Made by a program: the position numbers and the translations under genes. Below, piece after piece: positions 57,884 through 64,000 of a DNA stretch of 64,000 nt (its first letter is position 1; every line of letters starts with the position of its first letter). The DNA lies in NCBI GenBank assembly GCA_964014485.1, contig CAXHAT010000009.1:1-64000 (forward strand), in the 5' to 3' direction. The notes below the pieces were generated by a model. That model was not told the origin of the DNA, searched no databases, and saw nothing but the letters and a program-made list of their open reading frames with translations. The DNA is from an uncultured Deferribacteres bacterium. Its GTDB lineage: Bacteria; Zhuqueibacterota; Zhuqueibacteria; Zhuqueibacterales; Geothermadaptataceae.

Positions 57884-58864
57884 ATGACGCAACAATCAGC
57901 GACTGCCATAGCACCTGTCGATACCGCGAAAAACGGCAAGACAAACTTGCTGACGGATGACGTCTATCAGCGCTATCGCAAACTTCTGGTGAAAGACAGC
58001 GCCAACGGACGAATCTACAGCGAGGAACGGGAAAAGAAAGTTTTGAAAGACAGCGATATCCGAATCAGAAAAATAGCGGGAAAGCTTTTCATCTCGCCGT
58101 TTTTTCTTATGACGAGTCTGTCGGCCATGTTTTGGCTGCCGGAAGAACTGCTGCAAAAAATGAACAGCACTTTGGCCAACAAGCAATTCTGGCAGTCGGT
58201 CGCCAAACGCATTTTCGATATCGTCTGCGCCGTCATGGGCTTCATTTTTTGCTCTATCTTCTTTTTCATCATTCCGTTCATCATCAAATTTGACAGCCGC
58301 GGCCCCGCTTTTTACAAACAAGTGCGGGCGGGAAAGAATAATCGCGAAAAAGACAGACGCGTGGTAAACCTTGCCGTCGCTCACGACCGCCGCAAGGGAG
58401 ACCGCAGAAAGGAAGACTTGTTCGGGCGACCTTTCTGGGTATACAAATTTCGCACGATGACGACGGACGCTGAAAAGCACGGCGCACAGTGGGCGAAAAA
58501 AAACGACCCGCGAATTACAGCGCTGGGGCGTATCCTTCGTTTTACACATGTCGACGAGATTCCACAGTTTTATAACGTGCTGCTCGGCGAAATGTCCATG
58601 GTCGGCCCGAGACCGGAAAGACCGGAGCTTATGCCTCCGATTATCGAAAAGGTCGCCGATTTTCCTGACAGACTGATGGTTAAGCCCGGCATGACAGGCA
58701 TCGCACAAATCGTTTGCGGCTACGACACGACGATTGAAGCGACGCGAGAAAAACTGCGTTACGACATGGTTTATGTCCGAAATCAGGGCATTAAAGCGGA
58801 TATTATGATTCTACTGCAAACATTATGGGTTATCATCCGAGGCAAGGAAGTCCTCGATTCATAG
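57884..58864 (+). CDS. Priming sugar transferase (bacterial polyprenyl-phosphate sugar-phosphotransferase)
   Basis: KRIFDI, YKFRTM, DPRIT..GR.LR...DEIPQ..NVL.GEMS.VGPRPE, KPGMTG.AQ. Confidence 0.93.
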   Translation: MTQQSATAIAPVDTAKNGKTNLLTDDVYQRYRKLLVKDSANGRIYSEEREKKVLKDSDIRIRKIAGKLFISPFFLMTSLSAMFWLPEELLQKMNSTLANKQFWQSVAKRIFDIVCAVMGFIFCSIFFFIIPFIIKFDSRGPAFYKQVRAGKNNREKDRRVVNLAVAHDRRKGDRRKEDLFGRPFWVYKFRTMTTDAEKHGAQWAKKNDPRITALGRILRFTHVDEIPQFYNVLLGEMSMVGPRPERPELMPPIIEKVADFPDRLMVKPGMTGIAQIVCGYDTTIEATREKLRYDMVYVRNQGIKADIMILLQTLWVIIRGKEVLDS

Positions 58865-58893
58865 GCATTAACAGACACGGAGGTTTCGGTTCG

Positions 58894-59625
58894 ATGAGAC
58901 GTTTTGCCAAATTGTTTGGCGTTGCGGGAATTGTGATCTGCGTTGGCGCTTCCGTTCTGCCGGCGCAAGAACAGGCCCCGATAAACACACAAGTCGTTGC
59001 TAACCCGGCCGGCGCGATTATTTACCTTGAAGGCGAGTATGGATTGGCCGGTCGAACGCCGTATACAATTCTAAAAAACCTCAAAGGCACGTATCGCATA
59101 CGCGCTAAAAAATGGGGCTACGAAACCTACACGGGTTTGTATGAGTTTCGTCCCGGGGTTAGCCAGCGCATTTCCGTAAACTTGACGAAAAAAACGCGTT
59201 CGCGCGCTGCATTCCGATCCTTGATTCTCCCCGGTTGGGGGCAGCGTTACTCGGATCAGCCGGCGAAGGGTTGGATTATTACGACATTGTCCTTAACCTC
59301 AGGCAGCTATTTAATTTATCGAGATCGACGCTACCAAAGCTCGGTGGATAATTACGAAGCGGCGCTGACAAATTTCCAGAACAATGAGAACAACAGTGAA
59401 TTGCGTGAAGCCCTGCTTCTCGAAGTTCAGCGCACCGAAACGATTCTTGACAATCGATTTGAAAAACGCAAAACCGCGTTTATTATTGCCGGCAGTATTT
59501 ATTTGTACAACTTGTTAGATGCTCTCCTTTTCTTCCCCAATTATCGTGAAAAGGGCGTCGGTTTTTCGATGAACGCCGATTTTCGCAACCAAGCCCTGGC
59601 GTTGGGAGTGCAAAAGAAGTTTTAG
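58894..59625 (+). CDS. PEGA-domain protein with a RSLILPGWGQ (DUF5683-like) region
   Basis: NPAGAIIYL.G..AGRTP, K.GYE; RSLILPGWGQ.Y; YNLLDA; C-terminal Phe. Confidence 0.75.
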   Translation: MRRFAKLFGVAGIVICVGASVLPAQEQAPINTQVVANPAGAIIYLEGEYGLAGRTPYTILKNLKGTYRIRAKKWGYETYTGLYEFRPGVSQRISVNLTKKTRSRAAFRSLILPGWGQRYSDQPAKGWIITTLSLTSGSYLIYRDRRYQSSVDNYEAALTNFQNNENNSELREALLLEVQRTETILDNRFEKRKTAFIIAGSIYLYNLLDALLFFPNYREKGVGFSMNADFRNQALALGVQKKF

Positions 59626-59700
59626 GCGCAGCGCCGCATCTGGCTCTTATACATTTTTACAATCGACATCTTTGAATCAGCAGCTTTGGAGCATGTAAAT

Positions 59701-61569
59701 ATGAAGACGCCGCAATCGGTTTTCTTCGGGCTGATCGTCAGCCTTTTTGCGGGTGTTGTATTTCTCGGTTGCGAGGGCAAGCCAACCGGGATCGATCCAA
59801 CCGAAAAGGGTGTTTTTCCCGCCGCCCCAACCAATATCCAGGCTCTCGTCGGCGACCGTAAGGTGATTTTGACGTGGGAGTTTAGCGACACTACCATTAT
59901 CCGCGAATTCAAGATTTATCGCAGCACGACCCAGACCTCCGGGTTCTCCGCCATCGGTTCCACGGAAGATAAGACTTTCACGGATCAGACAGTGCAGAAC
60001 AGCGTGCAGTATTTTTACAAAATCACTGCGGTCAGCGAAGAAGATTTGGAAGGCCTGCCAACATCCGTTATTTCCGCCACAGCGAACGTCTTTAGCATCT
60101 CCATTGAGAGCGGAGCGGTTTTTACCGGAACGACTGACGTAAAAGTCACCATTTCCGCAGCAGCGTCCACGGCGTTTATGCAGTTGAGCAACGACTCGAC
60201 TTTCACCAGTTCCACGCTCGAACCTTTCGTGAGCGTAACGAATTGGATTTTGCCTGCCGGAGACGGTGAAAAAACTGTTTTCGCAAAATTCCGCGACACT
60301 TCCGGCAACGAAAGCTCAGCCCCGGTGCACGATTCGATTATTCTCGATACTCAGGCGACGATTCAATCCATCACAGAAAATACAAACGGTGTGCAAAAGC
60401 AGGCCGGCGACGAAGTGCATTTTACGCTGAACGCCGGAGAAGCGGCTGGACAAGCCTGGGCTTCAATTGAGGACGGCCCGCAAAACATCGCACTGTTCGA
60501 CAACGGCACAAACGGCGATCAATTGCCGAACGACGGAGTTTATGAAGTCGATTATATTGTCCCGGGAGATGCGGACGTGTTCGAAAAGCGCGTTATCGGA
60601 ACTTTTATCGACCGCGTCAACAACGAAGCCGCCGCTGAATTTTCCACAACGCGTCTAACGATCAGGCGCGCGCCCGCCGCAATCAGCCTCTTCCCTCCGG
60701 TTTTGGAAGGCGACGGCAAGTCAATGTTCAAAATAACCTGGACGCCGAGTCAAGACCTCGCAGATTTCGCTTCTTACGTCATTTATCGCTCGACCTCTCC
60801 CAATATCACGCGTGATAACGCGACTTCGGTCACCAGCATTACTTCGCGAAGCACGACCAATTTTATCGACTCCGGCCTTGATCCGAACACGACCTATTTT
60901 TACCGAATTTTTGTCGTCGATTTTACCAACCTGGCCACGGGCAGCAACGAAGTTTCGGGCACAACGCTGCCGGAAGACGCGCCAACGGCGGTGACGATCT
61001 TCACGCCGTTTGTTCAGGACAACGGATCGGTTCAAGTGACCTGGACGCGCAACGACGACTCTGATTTTGCCAGTTACCGCCTGTTCAGAGCGGAGCAAGC
61101 TAACGTCGATTTGAGTTCAACTTTGCGCGCCATTTTTTCTGATCGTCGCGACCTTGAATTTATCGATACGGAAGTGACCGACGGCGTCACGTATTTTTAC
61201 AAGATATTTTCTTTTGATCAATCGGGTCTCAGCACGCCAAGTAATGAAGTTTCGGTGACGCTGCCGGCCAATACGGCGCCTGTACCTGTTACGCTTGCAG
61301 TGCCTTCGGCTTTAAGTCAGGAGACTTTGAAACTGACCTGGTCCAGAAGCAATGAAACAGATTTTTCTCATTACAGCGTTTATCGCTCGCTGGTCAGCCC
61401 TGTCGATACGACGCAAACGCCGATCGCGGTGCTCAACAGCAGCCCTGCGGATACTGAATTTACGGATAACGGCTTAACGACTCTGACGACTTATTTTTAT
61501 CGCGTTTTCGTCGTCGATCAAAAAGGCCTTCAGGCTGGAAGCAATGAAGTTTCGGGAACAACCAAGTAA
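59701..61569 (+). CDS. Fibronectin type III repeat lipoprotein
   Basis: Lipobox VFLGC; four repeats of L.W...DF..Y..YR...F.D.....TYFY.....D...SNEVS. Confidence 0.85.
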   Translation: MKTPQSVFFGLIVSLFAGVVFLGCEGKPTGIDPTEKGVFPAAPTNIQALVGDRKVILTWEFSDTTIIREFKIYRSTTQTSGFSAIGSTEDKTFTDQTVQNSVQYFYKITAVSEEDLEGLPTSVISATANVFSISIESGAVFTGTTDVKVTISAAASTAFMQLSNDSTFTSSTLEPFVSVTNWILPAGDGEKTVFAKFRDTSGNESSAPVHDSIILDTQATIQSITENTNGVQKQAGDEVHFTLNAGEAAGQAWASIEDGPQNIALFDNGTNGDQLPNDGVYEVDYIVPGDADVFEKRVIGTFIDRVNNEAAAEFSTTRLTIRRAPAAISLFPPVLEGDGKSMFKITWTPSQDLADFASYVIYRSTSPNITRDNATSVTSITSRSTTNFIDSGLDPNTTYFYRIFVVDFTNLATGSNEVSGTTLPEDAPTAVTIFTPFVQDNGSVQVTWTRNDDSDFASYRLFRAEQANVDLSSTLRAIFSDRRDLEFIDTEVTDGVTYFYKIFSFDQSGLSTPSNEVSVTLPANTAPVPVTLAVPSALSQETLKLTWSRSNETDFSHYSVYRSLVSPVDTTQTPIAVLNSSPADTEFTDNGLTTLTTYFYRVFVVDQKGLQAGSNEVSGTTK

Positions 61570-61621
61570 AACCGGGATTCACCGGGACAGTGAATCGAAA
61601 ACGGATTTAATGTAGGGATAC

Positions 61622-62674
61622 ATGATGCGACTTAACTTTTTCCGCGCAATTTTTCTGCTGATTCTTGGACTGGTCGCAACTGCGCCGGCGCAAGCGCAGG
61701 AATATGTCATCGAAGCAGGCGACAAAGTGCTTGTCTCCATTTGGCAAGCGCCCGAGGTGCCGGACCAGGAAGCCGTTGTTGACGGCGACGGGCGAATTGA
61801 TTTGCCCATCCTTGGAAGGGTGCTGGCGGCAGGTTTAACGATTTCGCAACTTGAGAGCAAGATTGTCGAAAATTTTCGCAACTACAACCGCAATATAACT
61901 CAAGCGCAGGTAAAAGTAGTTGAATACGGCAGTAAGAAAATCTTTGTAACGGGCGCTGTTCGATTGCCCGGAGCCGTTAGTTTTCCGCAAATGCCGAACG
62001 TTTGGGAAGCCATTCTTGAAGCAGGCGGCCCGCTCGATGAAGCTGAGCTGGAAAAAGTTACGATTGTCCGCAAAAGCGGAACGCAAGGGCAAGTTATTGC
62101 CGCAAATCTGGTCTCCTATTTCGATGCGCAAGACATCAGTAATCTTCCTGAACTCCGCCCCGGCGACACTATTCACGTGCCCGGCGGAACCGGGAACGGC
62201 GTCAACGGCCCGAACAGCGGCGCGGGCGGCGGCTTGTTTACGAAATCACAAGCGATATATATTTACGGCGAAGTGCTGCAGCCGGGACGCTACGAATTGC
62301 AGGAAAGCCTGGACGTTTTGCAAGCCATTGTTCTTGCGGGCGGCCCCGCGGCGGTGGAAGACGGCAACACGCGCGGCCCTTCCATTAGACCGGATCTCAA
62401 ACGCGTTCGCATCATTACCCGCACGCCGGAAGGTGCGGTTGTGTACAAGGTCAACTTGCACCAATACGCCAAGATTGGCGTTCCGATTCCGATCACGCTT
62501 AAGCCTGGAGACACGATTTACGTTCCGAGAAAAGAATCCTACTTGAAGTTTTTTACGACGAATACGCTAAGAACGGTTGTCACAAGCACGGCTTCCTTGT
62601 TTGTCTCATTCATCGTTTTCGATCAGATTTTTAACGCGAACGGCAACAACAATAATAATAACAATAATCAATAG
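61622..62674 (+). CDS. Polysaccharide export protein (Wza-like, Poly_export + SLBB)
   Basis: YVIEAGD, VDGDGRI.LP..G, GAVRLPG, LRPGDTI.VP, GEVLQPG. Confidence 0.88.
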   Translation: MMRLNFFRAIFLLILGLVATAPAQAQEYVIEAGDKVLVSIWQAPEVPDQEAVVDGDGRIDLPILGRVLAAGLTISQLESKIVENFRNYNRNITQAQVKVVEYGSKKIFVTGAVRLPGAVSFPQMPNVWEAILEAGGPLDEAELEKVTIVRKSGTQGQVIAANLVSYFDAQDISNLPELRPGDTIHVPGGTGNGVNGPNSGAGGGLFTKSQAIYIYGEVLQPGRYELQESLDVLQAIVLAGGPAAVEDGNTRGPSIRPDLKRVRIITRTPEGAVVYKVNLHQYAKIGVPIPITLKPGDTIYVPRKESYLKFFTTNTLRTVVTSTASLFVSFIVFDQIFNANGNNNNNNNNQ

Positions 62675-62714
62675 AAACCTGTCGACTTTCAAGTCCTACG
62701 CCTGGAGACGGTAA

Positions 62715-64000
62715 ATGCAAGATTCTAAAATCGATGTACAAGCGATACTTCATCTGTTGAAGCGTCGCAAATGGTTTCTGATTATCCCGCTGATTTTGGC
62801 ATGTATTGGCGGATACATTCGTATTATCACGCTCGTTTCCGAGTATAAGGCGACCGTAACGATCATGCTCGGCAAGAAGTCGTTTATGACAAGCGATTTA
62901 AAAAACCAGCTTCCCGGCGTTACCGAGCGTGAAAAAATGAAGTTGCGCGATGAGAAGGAAACGATCACCAAGCATATCAAAAGCAATGTTCTTCTCACTC
63001 AGGTGGTAGAAAAGCTCGGGCTGGATCCAAGTGCGGTTCAGGAAGAAAAAGCGAAAAAGTTGGTGGCCGCCCAGGAAGACATAAGCATAGAACAGGCCCG
63101 AAATACGGTGCTTGCGGCGTCAATACGCGGCAGCGTGGAAGTTGAATTTCCGCGCCGAGGCGACTATATCGAAGTCTCCTGCACTTCCAAAGACCCGGAA
63201 AAAGCCTACCTGGTCGCCAAAACGCTGGCTGATGTTTTTATTGAAGACAATCTGGTCACCGAGCAATACGGCGTGCGCAGCGTTGAAGATTTTTCCAACG
63301 AGCAACTTGAGATTTATCGAGACAAGCTCGAATACGCTGAAGAGCGGCTGCGCGCTTACCAAAGAAGCATCAACGCGAACGCTCCCAGCAAGCAACTGAC
63401 GGTCAGCCCGACAAGCGTTGGCCAAATTAAAGGCGTCATCTCTTCTTACAATGTGGACATTTCCGAGAAAGTTCAAGAGATGAGCGAGCTTGAAGCGCTT
63501 TTGGGGCGAGACGCATCCGAGATTCGCGTCAAACTGAGCGACCGAGCCAGCAGCATGCGAAACTCGCTGATTGAAAAAGTCACGGATTTGAGCGAATTGG
63601 CCGTTTCCCACAAATGGGATCAGGGCGACGTTCTGCGTCTTAACGGTGAAATCAAGGATTTGAAGGAAAGTCTGGAAAACGAGATCCGGCGCAGCGGCGT
63701 CAGACACCTTCAGGGCGTTTTTCAATCTTCGGCTATCAACGCGGCGGCGCGGCGTGAGATTCTGGGTTTCGAAATTGATCTTTTACAGCGGCAAGTATCG
63801 ACGCTGAATCGTTTTGTCAACGCCTACAATGCGACGACCAACCAAATGCCGGTGCATGAAGTCACGCTGCAAAAGTATCAGATGGAAGTCGACAAGAACC
63901 GCCAGATGTACCAAACTTTTCTCGATCAGGTTCGCAGCGCCCAAATTAGAACCGCCATGCAGGCCCTGGACAAGGACTTGCGCTTCCGAATCATCGACCC
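62715..64000 (+). CDS. Polysaccharide co-polymerase (Wzc/GumC family), truncated by the window end
   Basis: Absent from the ORF track; my translation MQDSKIDVQAILHLLKRRKWFLIIP..YKATVTIML, DPEKAYLVAKTLA, coiled coils, ends FRIID; GGAG RBS. Confidence 0.88.
   Translation, partial: MQDSKIDVQAILHLLKRRKWFLIIPLILACIGGYIRIITLVSEYKATVTIMLGKKSFMTSDLKNQLPGVTEREKMKLRDEKETITKHIKSNVLLTQVVEKLGLDPSAVQEEKAKKLVAAQEDISIEQARNTVLAASIRGSVEVEFPRRGDYIEVSCTSKDPEKAYLVAKTLADVFIEDNLVTEQYGVRSVEDFSNEQLEIYRDKLEYAEERLRAYQRSINANAPSKQLTVSPTSVGQIKGVISSYNVDISEKVQEMSELEALLGRDASEIRVKLSDRASSMRNSLIEKVTDLSELAVSHKWDQGDVLRLNGEIKDLKESLENEIRRSGVRHLQGVFQSSAINAAARREILGFEIDLLQRQVSTLNRFVNAYNATTNQMPVHEVTLQKYQMEVDKNRQMYQTFLDQVRSAQIRTAMQALDKDLRFRIID

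Noticed and set aside
62634..62670. AAC/AAT run as a phase-variation tract
   Set aside because: Mixed in-frame triplets at the extreme C-terminus; slippage would not shift the frame.

Overview
Bacterial chromosomal window of moderate GC. The gene style fits an FCB-group organism such as KSB1 or Calditrichota, but that is inference. 1-19 kb holds six paralogous ~800-aa MacB/FtsX-type ABC permeases, interleaved with a four-helix-bundle gene preceded by a (GAGCAAT)n tract, vapBC and higBA toxin-antitoxin pairs, a GyrI-like gene and an S41 peptidase. 19-35 kb holds hydrolases and oxidoreductases: GH127, a PhyH-like dioxygenase with a broken Fe ligand, a LuxC-like reductase, an FG-GAP/ASPIC protein, an amidohydrolase and an apparently catalytically dead CocE-like protein. 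35-46 kb holds a peroxiredoxin, a TrmB-like gene, a four-gene heme-TM/Rieske cluster, and an OlsB-like + PlsC-like + DinB + hydrolase-DedA-ATP-grasp fusion cluster. 46-57 kb holds deaD, an MFP + ABC ATPase pair, UDG, two-subunit aconitase X and lysA. 57-64 kb is the start of a Wzx/Wzy-type polysaccharide locus. Main findings: (1) many intergenic gaps hold non-autonomous nested elements in which IS-like terminal inverted repeats (several with target-site duplications) enclose REP-like hairpin cores, with shells and cores apparently exchanged between families; (2) an identically spaced enhancer plus sigma54-like promoter links the permease array to the MFP/ATPase operon about 44 kb away; (3) a candidate aminolipid or peptidolipid pathway; (4) an uncharacterised membrane redox operon. 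No rRNA, tRNA, CRISPR array or transposase was seen.
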